From assembly GCA_963803025.1 (NCBI GenBank), contig CAWDKZ010000013.1:148831-212830 (forward strand): DNA of 64,000 nucleotides, in the 5' to 3' direction. The notes under the pieces were generated by a model. The model made no database searches. It was not told where the DNA came from and saw only the letters and a program-made list of their open reading frames with translations. Positions 9,501 through 19,639 of this stretch are shown piece after piece (the stretch's first letter is position 1; each line of letters starts with the position of its first letter). The stretch is from an uncultured Acidimicrobiaceae bacterium. GTDB taxonomy: Bacteria; Actinomycetota; Acidimicrobiia; Acidimicrobiales; Bog-793. Position numbers and translations under genes: made by a program.

Positions 9501-10381
9501 ACCTCCCGGTCGAGTTCGACGGCGCCACGAGGGCGACGCCGGTCGTGCTCGACACGGCTGTTGTCATGGCGAAGGCTGGTGCCGAGAATTTCCCGGTCGC
9601 GACGCGCCTGCTGCCGGGACGGCTTCGCGAGCGGCTGCTCGCGATCTACGGTTACGCCCGCTTCGTCGACGACGTCGGCGATCGCGTGCCGGGCGATCGC
9701 CTCGCACAGCTCGACTGGGTCGAGGCCGAGCTCAATCGGGCGCTTCTGGGCGCGGCTTCTCATCCGGTCTTCGTCCGCGCCGGTAGGCTCGCGAACGAAC
9801 TCGGCCTCGACCGTGAGCCGTTCGCCGATCTCATCGAGGCGAATCGCCACGACCAGGTGACGACGAGGTACCCGACGTACGAGGCGCTCGGGGCGTACTG
9901 CGCGCTGTCGGCGAATCCGGTCGGCCGACTCGTCCTCGCGGTCTTCGGCCGGCGCGACGAGCACTCCTTGGAGCTCTCGAGCCGGGTGTGCACGGCGTTG
10001 CAGCTCGTCGAGCACCTCCAGGACGTCGCCGAGGACTTCGCGATGGGGCGCGTCTACCTACCCCAGGAGGATCTCTCCCGGTTCGCCGTCGACGAGTCGG
10101 TGATCGCGAGCGGTGTCGCGACGCCAGCCTTCCGGCGGCTCATGGCCTTCGAGGTGGCGCGGACGCGGCGTCTTCTCATGTCTGGAAGTTCGCTGGTGGC
10201 GTCGCTTTCCGGATGGGGCCGGGTCGCGGTCGCGGGTTTCGTCGGCGGCGGCCTCGCCCAGCTCGACGCCATCGGACGCCATGGCTATGACGTCCTGTCG
10301 GCTCGGGTGAAGGCTTCCGGGGCCCACGTGGTGTGGCGCAGCCTGGGGGTGTACGCAGCAGCGCGAAGGGATCTGCTGTGA
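9497..10381 (+). CDS. hpnC: Squalene synthase-like enzyme, HpnC type (hydroxysqualene synthase)
   Basis: AGAENFPVATRLLP...YGYARFVDDVGD. Its ATG overlaps the dxs stop (ATGA). Confidence 0.8.
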   Translation: MNLPVEFDGATRATPVVLDTAVVMAKAGAENFPVATRLLPGRLRERLLAIYGYARFVDDVGDRVPGDRLAQLDWVEAELNRALLGAASHPVFVRAGRLANELGLDREPFADLIEANRHDQVTTRYPTYEALGAYCALSANPVGRLVLAVFGRRDEHSLELSSRVCTALQLVEHLQDVAEDFAMGRVYLPQEDLSRFAVDESVIASGVATPAFRRLMAFEVARTRRLLMSGSSLVASLSGWGRVAVAGFVGGGLAQLDAIGRHGYDVLSARVKASGAHVVWRSLGVYAAARRDLL

Positions 10382-11235
10382 GCGACATCGCCCTGGCGTA
10401 CAGGCGCTGCGAAGCGATCACGCGCCGTGAAGCTCGGAACTTCTTCTACGGCATCCGCTTGTTGCCGGAGCCGAAGCGGGCCGCGATGTCGGCCCTCTAC
10501 GCGTTCGCCCGGCGGGTCGACGACATCGGCGACGGTGCCGGCACGACCGGTGAGAAACAGGAAGCGCTCGCCCGGGTCCGAGACGAGATCGTCCAGGTGG
10601 CGAGCGGCCACCCGCCGTGTGACGACGCGGTGCTCGTCGCCCTGGCCGACGCAGTGGCCCACTTCCCGATCCCGGTCGACGCCCTCGGCGAGATCGTGAC
10701 GGGTTGCGAGATGGACTGCCGACGCGAGAGGTACGCGACGTTCGAAGAGCTCACTGCCTACTGCCGGTGCGTCGCCGGCTCGGTCGGTCGGCTCTCTCTC
10801 GGCGTGTTCGGGTCGGCCGACGCGGCGACGGCACCGGAGCTCGCCGACAGGCTCGGCATCGCCCTGCAGCTGACGAATATCTTGCGTGACATCGTCGAGG
10901 ACCGCGACGAGATGGGGCGCGTCTATCTGCCGGTCGAGGATCTCGCGCGTTTCGGCTGCGAGCGCGACGCGACCGGCCCGCCGGACGCGCTCGTCGGACT
11001 GCTGCGGTTCGAGGCCGGACGGGCGCGGCTGCACTACGAGAAGGGTCTCGGGCTGCTCGACCTGCTCGACCGGCGTTCGCGCGCCTGTGTCGCGGCGATG
11101 GCGGGGATCTACCACCGCTTGCTCGACCGCATCGAGAAGGACCCGCTCGCGGCGCTCGACCATCGCGTGAGCCTTCCCGCCTGGGAGAAGGCGTGGGTCA
11201 CGGTCCGCAGCCTGAGGCGGGTGTCCGCCGCATGA
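10378..11235 (+). CDS. hpnD: Presqualene diphosphate synthase, HpnD type
   Basis: YRRCEAITRREARNFFYGIRLLPEPKRAAMSALYAFARRVDDIGD. GTGA overlap with hpnC. Confidence 0.8.
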   Translation: MSDIALAYRRCEAITRREARNFFYGIRLLPEPKRAAMSALYAFARRVDDIGDGAGTTGEKQEALARVRDEIVQVASGHPPCDDAVLVALADAVAHFPIPVDALGEIVTGCEMDCRRERYATFEELTAYCRCVAGSVGRLSLGVFGSADAATAPELADRLGIALQLTNILRDIVEDRDEMGRVYLPVEDLARFGCERDATGPPDALVGLLRFEAGRARLHYEKGLGLLDLLDRRSRACVAAMAGIYHRLLDRIEKDPLAALDHRVSLPAWEKAWVTVRSLRRVSAA

Positions 11236-12638
11236 GGACGGAACCGGCGCACATCGTGGTCGTTGGGGGAGGTCTCGCCGGCCTGTCGGCGGGGATCGCC
11301 TGCGCGGACGGCGGCAGCAAGGTGACGCTGTTTGAAGGGCGCCCGCGCCTTGGTGGCGCGACGTGGTCGTTCGAGCGCAACGGCCTCGTGTTCGACAACG
11401 GCCAGCACGTTTTCCTGCGCTGCTGTGCTGCCTACCGGCGGTTCCTCGGCAGGCTCGGCACGGCGGATCGCGCGGTTTTGCAGCACAGGCTCGCGGTACC
11501 GGTGCTGCGCCCCGATACGCAAGGCGGTGAGCCGCAGGTGGCGTGGCTCCGGCGCAGCGGCCTTCCCGCGCCCGCCCACCTGGTGGGCTCCCTCGTCCGC
11601 TACCGGCACCTGTCGCTAGCCGAGCGGGCACGTGTCGGGCGGGCCGTATCTGCTCTGCGACGGCTCAGCCTCGACGCTCCCGGTCTCGACTCGGAGACGT
11701 TCGCGTCGTTCCTCTCCCGTCAGGGGCAGTCGCGCGACGCCATCGCCAGGCTCTGGGAGCTCATCACGCTTCCGACCGTCAACCTCAGCGCAGCCGAAAT
11801 GTCACTTACGCTTGGGGCCAAGGTTTTCCGGACGGGACTCCTCGACCGCGCCGATGCTGCCGATGTCGGTTGGGCGCGCGTGCCGCTCAACGCGCTCCAC
11901 GTCGATCCCGCCGCGGCACTGTTGGGCCGTCTCGGGGGGAGCGTCCACCAGCGGGCGAAGGTCGACGCAATCGACCTCGCCCCCGGGACTGGACAGAGGG
12001 CGGCAACCGGCGTCGTGGTGAACGGCGAACACGTCGACGCCGACGCGGTCATCATCGCTGTTCCGCACCGTGCCGCCGCCCAGCTCCTGCCGGAGGGCGG
12101 CTTCGTGAGACCCGCGCGTCTCGAGGCGCTCGGCACCTCGCCGATCGTCGACGTGCACGTTGTCTACGACCGCAAGGTCACCGAGTACGAAATTGCCGCG
12201 GGTGTCGACACGCCGGTCCAGTACGTCTTCGACAGGACCGTGGCCGCGGGGCTGGACCCCGCGGCCGGCCAGGTGCTCGCAGTGTCCATCTCCGGTGCGG
12301 ACGCCGAGCACGGGGAGCGGCCCGAGGCGCTCATCGAGCGCTACACGGGAGCGCTGCGCGATCTCTTCCCACGGGCGCGTTCGGCCACCGTCGTCGACGC
12401 GGTCGTGAGCCGTGAGCACGAGGCGACGTTCCGCGGCGCGCCGGGGACCGCGGGACTACGGCCCGGCCCCGAGACAGGGTTCGAACGGCTCTACCTCGCC
12501 GGCGCGTGGACCGACACGGGTTGGCCCGCGACGATGGAGAGCGCGGTGTTGAGCGGCACACGTGCGGCGGTGCACGCGCTGCGTGTCGTCGGTGCGACCC
12601 GCCTGTCGGTCGATCTCGGCCGGGAAGTCGTCGCGTGA
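11232..12638 (+). CDS. hpnE: FAD-dependent hydroxysqualene dehydroxylase
   Basis: Dinucleotide fold IVVVGGGLAGLSAGIACADGGSKVTLFEGRPRLGG. ATGA overlap with hpnD. Confidence 0.8.
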   Translation: MRTEPAHIVVVGGGLAGLSAGIACADGGSKVTLFEGRPRLGGATWSFERNGLVFDNGQHVFLRCCAAYRRFLGRLGTADRAVLQHRLAVPVLRPDTQGGEPQVAWLRRSGLPAPAHLVGSLVRYRHLSLAERARVGRAVSALRRLSLDAPGLDSETFASFLSRQGQSRDAIARLWELITLPTVNLSAAEMSLTLGAKVFRTGLLDRADAADVGWARVPLNALHVDPAAALLGRLGGSVHQRAKVDAIDLAPGTGQRAATGVVVNGEHVDADAVIIAVPHRAAAQLLPEGGFVRPARLEALGTSPIVDVHVVYDRKVTEYEIAAGVDTPVQYVFDRTVAAGLDPAAGQVLAVSISGADAEHGERPEALIERYTGALRDLFPRARSATVVDAVVSREHEATFRGAPGTAGLRPGPETGFERLYLAGAWTDTGWPATMESAVLSGTRAAVHALRVVGATRLSVDLGREVVA

Positions 12639-13684
12639 TCCCGACGGAGAGGGCACCGGCGGTCTTCGGACGGGCGCGCGATCTCGTCGCGCCTGCGCTG
12701 CGTACGGCCGTCGACCGGCTTTCGGCCGAGATGAGGCCCGTCGTCGAGTACCACTTCGGTTGGTCGGACGCCGAGGGGCGCCCCGTCGGCGGCGGCGGTG
12801 GCAAGGGCGTGCGCCCGGCGCTGGCGATCCTGTCGGCGGAGGCGGTGGGCGCGGACGCCGCGGTCGGCATTCCCGGTGGCGTCGCGGTCGAGCTCGTCCA
12901 CAACTTCTCGCTCATCCACGACGACGTGATCGACGGCGACGTTGAGCGGCGCCACCGCCCGACGGTCTGGGCGTTGTTCGGCGTCGGGCAAGCGGTGATC
13001 GTCGGTGACGCGCTCTTGGCGCTCGCCCAGCAGGTCCTGCTCGACCCGGCGGGGACGTTGAAGCTCGAGCACGTCGCCGATGACGACGCCGCCCGGCGTG
13101 CCGCCAGCCGGATTGCCGACGCGACCGCCGCGATGATCGCCGGACAGGCGCTCGACATGGCCTTCGAGTCGCTGCCGACCGTGGACGTCGCGGGGTGTCT
13201 CGCGATGGAGGGTGGCAAGACCGGGGCGCTTCTCGGCTGCGCGGCTTCGATCGGGGCGGAGCTCGCAGGCGCGCCCGCGGAGATGGTGGCCGGGCTCGAT
13301 CGCTTCGGGTTCGAGCTCGGGCTGGCCTTCCAGGCCGTCGACGACCTGCTCGGCATCTGGGGGGACCCCACCTGCACCGGCAAGCCGGCGTGGAGTGACC
13401 TGCGTCAGCACAAGAAGACCCTCCCGGTCGCGGCGGCGCTCGCCGCGGGGGGCGACGGGGCCGCAGAGCTGGGCGAATTGCTCGCGACGCCCTTGCTCAG
13501 CGACGACCAGATCGCTCGGGCGGCCGAGCTCGTGGAGAAGGCGGGAGGTCGCGAGATCTCAGCGGACGAGGCGCGCCGCCGGTTGGATGCCGCACTCGGG
13601 GCGCTCGATTCGGCCCACTTCGTCGCCGACGCGCAGGCGGAGCTGGCAGAGGTCGCGCGATTCGTCATCGAGAGGGAGTTCTAG
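12635..13684 (+). CDS. Polyprenyl diphosphate synthase (FPP/GGPP synthase type)
   Basis: First DDxxD motif in ELVHNFSLIHDDVIDGDVERRHRPTVW, second in LAFQAVDDLLGIWGD. GTGA overlap with hpnE. Confidence 0.85.
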   Translation: MIPTERAPAVFGRARDLVAPALRTAVDRLSAEMRPVVEYHFGWSDAEGRPVGGGGGKGVRPALAILSAEAVGADAAVGIPGGVAVELVHNFSLIHDDVIDGDVERRHRPTVWALFGVGQAVIVGDALLALAQQVLLDPAGTLKLEHVADDDAARRAASRIADATAAMIAGQALDMAFESLPTVDVAGCLAMEGGKTGALLGCAASIGAELAGAPAEMVAGLDRFGFELGLAFQAVDDLLGIWGDPTCTGKPAWSDLRQHKKTLPVAAALAAGGDGAAELGELLATPLLSDDQIARAAELVEKAGGREISADEARRRLDAALGALDSAHFVADAQAELAEVARFVIEREF

Positions 13685-13686
13685 GG

Positions 13687-15681
13687 ATGGGGCGGACCGA
13701 GACGGTGGAGGAGCTGGAGCTCGCCGCGGCGCGTCGGGCGCTCGAAAAGGCGCGTCGGCATCTTCTCGGGCTGCAAGAGGCAGAGGGCTGGTGGAAGGGC
13801 GAACTCGAGACGAACGTCACGATGGATGCAGAAGATCTGCTGCTTCGGGAGTTCCTCGGCATCCGCCAGGAGAACGACACGGCCGGGGCAGCGGCGTGGA
13901 TCCGTTCGAAGCAGCGATCCGACGGGACGTGGGCCACCTACCACGGTGGACCCGGGGACCTGTCGACGACGGTCGAGGCGTACTGCGCCCTGCGTCTCGC
14001 GGGGGACGATCCAGTCGATCCGCACATGGCACGGGCCGCGGCGTTCGTGCGGGACGCAGGTGGCGTCGAGAACTCGCGAGTGTTCACGCGGATCTGGCTC
14101 GCGTTGTTCGGACTGTGGCCCTGGGAAGATCTGCCGACTTTGCCGCCGGAGATCGTGGCGCTCCCGGCGTGGGTTCCGTGCAACATCTACGACTTCGGCT
14201 GCTGGGCGCGTCAGACGGCGGTCGCCATCACGGTCGTCGGTGCTTACCGTCCGGTACGGCCGACCGTGTTCGGCATCGAGGAGCTGCGGACGTGCAAGGC
14301 CCCCGACCGCCCGGGACCGTCGCTGCGCGACTGGACCGGACGTTTCGTCCTGCTCGACCGCGTCCTCCAGCGCTACGAGCGGATCGCGAACCGGTCGCCG
14401 CTGCGCCAGACGGTGCGGGAGGCAGCGCTGCGCAAGGCCGAGACCTGGATCGTCCGGCGCCAGGAGGCCGATGGCAGCTGGGGGGGCATCCAACCGCCGT
14501 GGGTCTACTCGATCCTTGCGTTGCATCTGCGGGGTTACCCCCTTGACCACCCTGTGCTCGCCGCGGCCTTCGCGGGCCTCGAGCGCTTTCTCGTGCGCGA
14601 AGACGGCCTACGCCGACTCGAGGCCTGTCAGTCCCCGGTCTGGGACACCGCGCTCGCCATCGTGGCGCTCGTCGACGCGGGTCTTTCCCCGGACGACGAG
14701 GCGTTGCAGCGCGCGACCAGGTGGACGCTCGGCGAGGAAGTGCGTGTGCGCGGCGACTGGTCGGTGCGCCGACCACGGGTCCCCGAGGGAGGTTGGGCGT
14801 TCGAGTTCGAGAACGACAACTACCCCGACGTCGACGACACCGCCGAGGTCGTGCTCTCGTTGCGCCGCGTCGCCTACGAGGACCCGATCGCGCTCGAGGA
14901 CGCTGTGCAACGTGCGGTCGCTTGGACCGAGGGCATGGCGTCCAAGGACGGCGCGTGGGGTGCATTCGACGCCGACAACGTTCGGCAGATCCTCTACGAG
15001 CTCCCTTTTTGCGATTTCGGCGCGGTCATCGACCCCCCGAGCGCGGACGTCACCGCCCACGTCGTCGAGATGCTCGCCCACGAGCCGTCGGCGGATCCCA
15101 CGGTGCTCGCCGCGGGGGTCGACTGGCTGCTCGCGCAGCAGGAGGAGGACGGAGCCTGGTTCGGACGTTGGGGCGTGAACTACCTCTACGGCGTCGGTGC
15201 CGCGGTGCCCGCCCTTGTCGCCGCCGGCGCGGACCCGGACGAGCCCCCGATCCGGCGCGCGATCGATTTCCTCGAAGCACACCAGAACGACGACGGAGGC
15301 TGGGGCGAGGACATCCGCTCCTACGACGACCCGGCGCTGCGTGCCCAGGGCGCGTCGACTGCCTCGCAGACGGCCTGGGCGCTGCTTGCGCTGGTGGCTG
15401 CCGGCCGGGCGCGGTCGACGTCGGCGCGACGCGGGGTCGCCTGGCTGGCGGCGGCACAGCTCGCCAACGGGAACTGGGATGAGCCGTGGTACACAGGAAC
15501 GGGATTCCCCGGCGACTTCTACCTCAATTACCACCTCTACCGATTGGTCTTCCCGCTCTCAGCGCTCGGTCGGTGGTGCCGCGCGATCGACGATGCCTCG
15601 GCGGCCGCGAGCGTGCGCACCGAAGCCGCGCATCAGGCCCATGCCGTCCGCAACTCGCCGCACGCGAAAGTCGGGCGTTGA
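13687..15681 (+). CDS. shc: Squalene-hopene cyclase
   Basis: WWKGELETNVTMDAE, catalytic DVDDTAEVV, and repeated QW-type motifs (DGSWGG, DGAWFGRWG, DGGWGE). Confidence 0.95.
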   Translation: MGRTETVEELELAAARRALEKARRHLLGLQEAEGWWKGELETNVTMDAEDLLLREFLGIRQENDTAGAAAWIRSKQRSDGTWATYHGGPGDLSTTVEAYCALRLAGDDPVDPHMARAAAFVRDAGGVENSRVFTRIWLALFGLWPWEDLPTLPPEIVALPAWVPCNIYDFGCWARQTAVAITVVGAYRPVRPTVFGIEELRTCKAPDRPGPSLRDWTGRFVLLDRVLQRYERIANRSPLRQTVREAALRKAETWIVRRQEADGSWGGIQPPWVYSILALHLRGYPLDHPVLAAAFAGLERFLVREDGLRRLEACQSPVWDTALAIVALVDAGLSPDDEALQRATRWTLGEEVRVRGDWSVRRPRVPEGGWAFEFENDNYPDVDDTAEVVLSLRRVAYEDPIALEDAVQRAVAWTEGMASKDGAWGAFDADNVRQILYELPFCDFGAVIDPPSADVTAHVVEMLAHEPSADPTVLAAGVDWLLAQQEEDGAWFGRWGVNYLYGVGAAVPALVAAGADPDEPPIRRAIDFLEAHQNDDGGWGEDIRSYDDPALRAQGASTASQTAWALLALVAAGRARSTSARRGVAWLAAAQLANGNWDEPWYTGTGFPGDFYLNYHLYRLVFPLSALGRWCRAIDDASAAASVRTEAAHQAHAVRNSPHAKVGR

Positions 15682-15805
15682 AGGCGACGCGCCGGGCGGC
15701 GCGCCGCCCGTGCGCCGAGCGGACCCGAACGGCGGACGAGGTCAGGCGACACTGAACGCCCGAGTTCAACCTCGATCAACCCCACGAACAGGCCGGTGAA
15801 TCCTG

Positions 15806-16813
15806 ATGCCCATACCGATCCGACAGAACCTCCTCATGGCGGCGTATCTCACGCGTCAAAGGCTGGCGAAACGCGAGAAGTACCCGCTGATCGTCGAGCT
15901 CGAACCGCTCTTCGCGTGCAATCTCGCCTGTCCCGGTTGCGGCAAGATCCAGTACCCGACGGAGATCCTCCGTCAGCGCGTGACCCCAGAGGCGGCGTTC
16001 GCCGCGGTCGAGGAGTGCGGCGCGCCGATGGTCTCGATCGCCGGGGGCGAGCCGCTGCTCCACCCCCAGATCGAGGAGATGGTCGAGGGTCTCATCAGGC
16101 GCAAGCGGTTCGTCTACCTCTGCACGAATGCGATCCTCCTGAAGCGGCGGATCGACCGGTTCAAGCCGTCGCCGTACTTCTCGTGGGTGGTCCACCTCGA
16201 CGGGCTGAAGGAGCGTCACGACGCGGCCGTCGACCGCGCGGGAGTCTTCGACGCGGCGATCGAGGCGATCCGCCTCGCCAAGTCGAAGGGCTTCCGCGTC
16301 ACGACGAACTCGACGTTCTTCACCACCGACTCCGCCAAGACGATCCGCGAGGTCCTCGACTTCCTGAACGACGAGCTGCGAGTCGACGCGATGATGATCT
16401 CGCCGGCCTACGCCTACGAGAAGGCGTCCGACCAGGAGCACTTCCTTCCGGTCGACCAGGCCCGGGAGGTGTTCCGCGAGGCCTTCGGGGACGGTCGGCG
16501 CAGGAGGTGGCGATTCAATCACACGCCTTTGTTCCTCGACTTCCTCGAGGGCAAGGTCGACTACCAGTGCACGCCGTGGGGGATTCCCAGCTACTCGGTC
16601 TTCGGCTGGCAGCGACCGTGCTACTTGATGAGCGACGGCTATGCGGCGACCTACAAGGAGCTCGTCGAGACGACCGACTGGGACAAGTACGGGCGGGGAC
16701 GGGATCCGCGCTGTGACAACTGCATGGCGCACTGCGGCTACGAACCCTCCGCCGTCGCCGCCACGACGAAGTCGCTCCGTCAGGCGCTACGCGCCGCGGT
16801 CGGGACGCGCTGA
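15806..16813 (+). CDS. hpnH: Radical SAM adenosylhopane synthase
   Basis: MPIPIRQNLLMAAYLTRQRLAKREKYPLIVELEPLFACNLACPGCGKIQYP, with the CxxxCxxC-type cluster motif. Confidence 0.9.
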   Translation: MPIPIRQNLLMAAYLTRQRLAKREKYPLIVELEPLFACNLACPGCGKIQYPTEILRQRVTPEAAFAAVEECGAPMVSIAGGEPLLHPQIEEMVEGLIRRKRFVYLCTNAILLKRRIDRFKPSPYFSWVVHLDGLKERHDAAVDRAGVFDAAIEAIRLAKSKGFRVTTNSTFFTTDSAKTIREVLDFLNDELRVDAMMISPAYAYEKASDQEHFLPVDQAREVFREAFGDGRRRRWRFNHTPLFLDFLEGKVDYQCTPWGIPSYSVFGWQRPCYLMSDGYAATYKELVETTDWDKYGRGRDPRCDNCMAHCGYEPSAVAATTKSLRQALRAAVGTR

Positions 16814-16866
16814 ACGGCCGGTCGCAGGGTCGAATCGGCCCCGAGGGCGCGTAGGCTTGCGCCCGC

Positions 16867-16940
16867 GGGGCTGTAGCTCAGCTGGTTAGAGCGACTGGTT
16901 TGCAACCAGTAGGTCACGGGTTCGAATCCCGTCAGCTCCA
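16867..16940 (+). tRNA. tRNA-Ala (anticodon TGC)
   Basis: Cloverleaf folded by hand. Acceptor GGGGCTG/CAGCTCC with the G3:U70 identity pair, anticodon loop TTTGCAA, T-loop GGTTCGAATCC. Confidence 0.9.
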
Positions 16941-17135
16941 CCCGGTGCCCTGTAGCCCGTTTGGTGGACCACTTCTTGTGACGACGTGGCCTGGGGTTGG
17001 GGTGGTGAGCGTAGGTCTTCGAATTCGACCGGAGTGCGGTACCCGAGCGAGCTGTGGCGTCGAGCTGGCTCGGGATCGCCGTGCCCCGCCCGAACCTCGC
17101 CCAGTCCCCCCTGAGAGGAAAGCGTGCTCGGCTAG

Positions 17136-18889
17136 GTCGGTGTTGATTAAAGCGCCTCTTTGAGGGTGCTCGCGAATTGCCCGCGCACCCACAAGACTGG
17201 GTGCATGCAGGGAAGATCGAATCCAGACCGTCAGATGCTCGACGCGGCGGCGTTCTGCCGTGGCCTCGTCGAAGAGGGCACGATCTATGCCTTCCTCGCC
17301 GATCACCGCGGCGAGCTCTTCCAGGATGGGGACTTCGCCGACCTCTTCCCGTCGGGCCGCGGGCGGCCCTCGATCCCGGTCGACGTCATCTGCTCGGTGA
17401 TGGTGCTCCAGGCCTTGGAGGGACTCTCGGACCGTGACGCGATCCGGGCGCTGAGGACGCGGATCGACTGGAAGGTCGCCTGCGGGCTGGCCCTCGACGA
17501 TCCGGGCTTCGACTTCACGAATCTCACCTATTGGCGCGCCCGGCTCCGCAACTCTGGCCGTCCCGAACGGATCCTCGACGCCGTCCGCCGGGTCGTCGCC
17601 GAGACCGGCGTGCTGAGAACGAAGCACCGCCGCGCGCTCGACTCGACGATCCTCGACGACGCGGTCGCCACCCAGGACACCGTCACCCAGATCATCTCGG
17701 CGATCCGCCGGGTGCGGGCTGAGATCCCCCGGCTCGAGGCGCTCGAGCTCGGCCAGGACTACTCGACGGGAAAGAAGCCCGTCATCGACTGGTCGGATGC
17801 CGAGGTGCGCGACGGGCTCGTCTCGGCGCTCGTTACGGACGCGACGACGCTCCTCGACGCCGTCGATGATGAAGCACTCGACCAGGACCAGGCCGACGCC
17901 CTGGGCCTGCTCGCCCTCGTCTCGGCCCAAGACGTCGAGCCCGGCGAGAAAGATGGGACCTGGCGCATCGCCCGTCGGGTGGCCAAGGACCGTCTGATCT
18001 CGGTCGTCGACCAAGAGGCCCGTCACGGCCACAAGTCGGTCTCGGTGAGGAAAGACGGGTTCAAGGCGCACCTCTGTGTCGAACCGGACACCGGCCTCGT
18101 GACCGGGGCCGCGATCACGCCGGCGAACGCCCCGGACGGGCCGACCGGTGTCGCCCTCCTGGGGGATGAGCCCTCCGGGCTCGAGGTGCTCGCCGACTCC
18201 GCTTATGGATCGGGCCCGACGAGGAGAGAACTGAAGCTCCGCCGCCACCGTCTCGTCATCAAGCCGATGCCCTCCCACCCGGCCGTCAAAGGCGGGTTGC
18301 GGCGAGACGAGTTCAGCGTCGACCACGAGGCGCGCACCGTCACCTGCCCGGCCGGTCACACCGCCCGGTTCTCCCCGACCGGGGTGGCGAAGTTCGCCCC
18401 GCACTGTGAGCCCTGCCCGTTGCGTTCCCGCTGCACGACGGCGACGGCGCGCTCGTTCACGATCGGGCCGAACGACGACGAGCTCGTCGCCGCCCGGGCC
18501 GCCTGGCGCGACCCCGAGGTGACGGCGACCTACCGGAGACACCGCCCGATGGCCGAGCGCTCGATCTCCTGGCTCGTCGCGAAGGGAAACCGCCGCCTCC
18601 GCTATCGGGGGATCGAGCGCAACAACTCCTGGCTCCAGATCCGTGTCGCAGCCCTCAATCTCCGCCGTCTCTTGGCGCTCGGGCTCGCCTTCGAGGAGGG
18701 CTGGGTGCTGAACACCACGTAGTGGGCCCTCGGGAGTGACAAAGAGGGACGTCTATGAGGCCAAAGGCCAATCTGCGAGGCCGCTTTTCACCCTCGACCA
18801 CGGCTCTTCGATCAGGTCATCGTCCCGAGGACCCGATCGAACGCTACGACCCGTCAGCCCCCGGTGAAAGGCCTTTGTCCAACACCGCC
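17136..18889 (+). mobile_element. IS1182-family insertion sequence flanked by CTAG
   Basis: Left end GTCGGTGTTG (17136-17145) matches the reverse complement of 18880-18889 (GGCGGTGTTG) at 9/10, and about 14/20 when extended. CTAG flanks both ends (17132-17135 and 18890-18893). A single transposase ORF lies inside. Confidence 0.75.
17205..18722 (+). CDS. IS1182-family DDE transposase
   Basis: MQGRSNPDRQMLDAAAFCRGLVEEGTIYAFLADHRGELF...GRPSIPVDVICSVMVLQALEGLSDRDAIRALRTRIDWKVACGL and a C-terminal ERSISWLV...LRYRG motif. Confidence 0.9.
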   Translation: MQGRSNPDRQMLDAAAFCRGLVEEGTIYAFLADHRGELFQDGDFADLFPSGRGRPSIPVDVICSVMVLQALEGLSDRDAIRALRTRIDWKVACGLALDDPGFDFTNLTYWRARLRNSGRPERILDAVRRVVAETGVLRTKHRRALDSTILDDAVATQDTVTQIISAIRRVRAEIPRLEALELGQDYSTGKKPVIDWSDAEVRDGLVSALVTDATTLLDAVDDEALDQDQADALGLLALVSAQDVEPGEKDGTWRIARRVAKDRLISVVDQEARHGHKSVSVRKDGFKAHLCVEPDTGLVTGAAITPANAPDGPTGVALLGDEPSGLEVLADSAYGSGPTRRELKLRRHRLVIKPMPSHPAVKGGLRRDEFSVDHEARTVTCPAGHTARFSPTGVAKFAPHCEPCPLRSRCTTATARSFTIGPNDDELVAARAAWRDPEVTATYRRHRPMAERSISWLVAKGNRRLRYRGIERNNSWLQIRVAALNLRRLLALGLAFEEGWVLNTT

Positions 18890-19390
18890 CTAGGTGGTTC
18901 TCAGGCTGGTGGCGGACCTGCCGACGACGAACGCGCCGAGCGCGATGAGGAGGCACCCGGCGCCGCCGAAGTACCCGATGAAGTACTCGAGTTTGGTGAG
19001 AGCCGTGCCGGGGGCGAAGAAACTCGGAACGGTGTACAGGACCGGCCAAGCCAACGCGCCGATGACGAACCAGGCGCCCGCGATCACCGCGAGAACTCCC
19101 GCGAAGCGCGCCACCGCGAGATGGAAGATCTTTGTGCCTCCACCCCTCATGATGAGCAGTCCTGCCAGGCACGCCGCCACTCCGGGAACGAGCGACAAAA
19201 TGGCGTGGGCGAGGTCCCAGTACCACGAACCCGCGCCGTCGGCGCTGTATCCGAAGGTCGGGCCGAGGAAGGGCACGATCCCGCCCCACGCACCGAGCAG
19301 GACGACGAGAAGACCCGCCACGCCGAGGCTGAACCGAGGTACCGTCAGCCGCGCATTGTGGCTATCGTGTTGCATGTCTGTCATTTCCAT
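18890..19390 (-). CDS. Hypothetical integral membrane protein (about 4 TM helices)
   Basis: Hydrophobic segments LGVAGLLVVLLGAWGGIV, ILSLVPGVAACLAGLLIM, FAGVLAVIAGAWFVIGALAW and GYFGGAGCLLIALGAFVV. The stop codon lies in the CTAG next to the IS. Confidence 0.5.
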   Translation of the reverse strand: MEMTDMQHDSHNARLTVPRFSLGVAGLLVVLLGAWGGIVPFLGPTFGYSADGAGSWYWDLAHAILSLVPGVAACLAGLLIMRGGGTKIFHLAVARFAGVLAVIAGAWFVIGALAWPVLYTVPSFFAPGTALTKLEYFIGYFGGAGCLLIALGAFVVGRSATSLRTT

Positions 19391-19639
19391 GACTGCCTGT
19401 CCCTTTCTTCGAGCAGGGCACAGAACATTGCGCCAACCACGCTAAGTCTTTTTGACCTGGCGGGTCGGAGAGCGGTGTCGGTCCGGCGGCAGGAGCGTAG
19501 GGCGCGGCAGGGCCAGCGGCCCTTTACCCTCTGTCGCATCTAGAGTTTCCTCGAGCCGACGACGATCGGTACCTGGTGATTCGTCGACCAGATCGGTCCG
19601 CGAAGTGGCGAGGATCGATCTGCCGGCGGGAGGAGAGAG

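Noticed and set aside
17110-17116. CCTGAGA (17110) and TCTCAGG (18899-18905) as the outer ends of the IS inverted repeats
   Set aside because: The alignment between these 7-mers and the strong GTCGGTGTTG core needs a 10-nt gap. The CTAG-flanked boundaries give a cleaner IR/target-duplication model and leave the neighbouring gene's C-terminus host-encoded.
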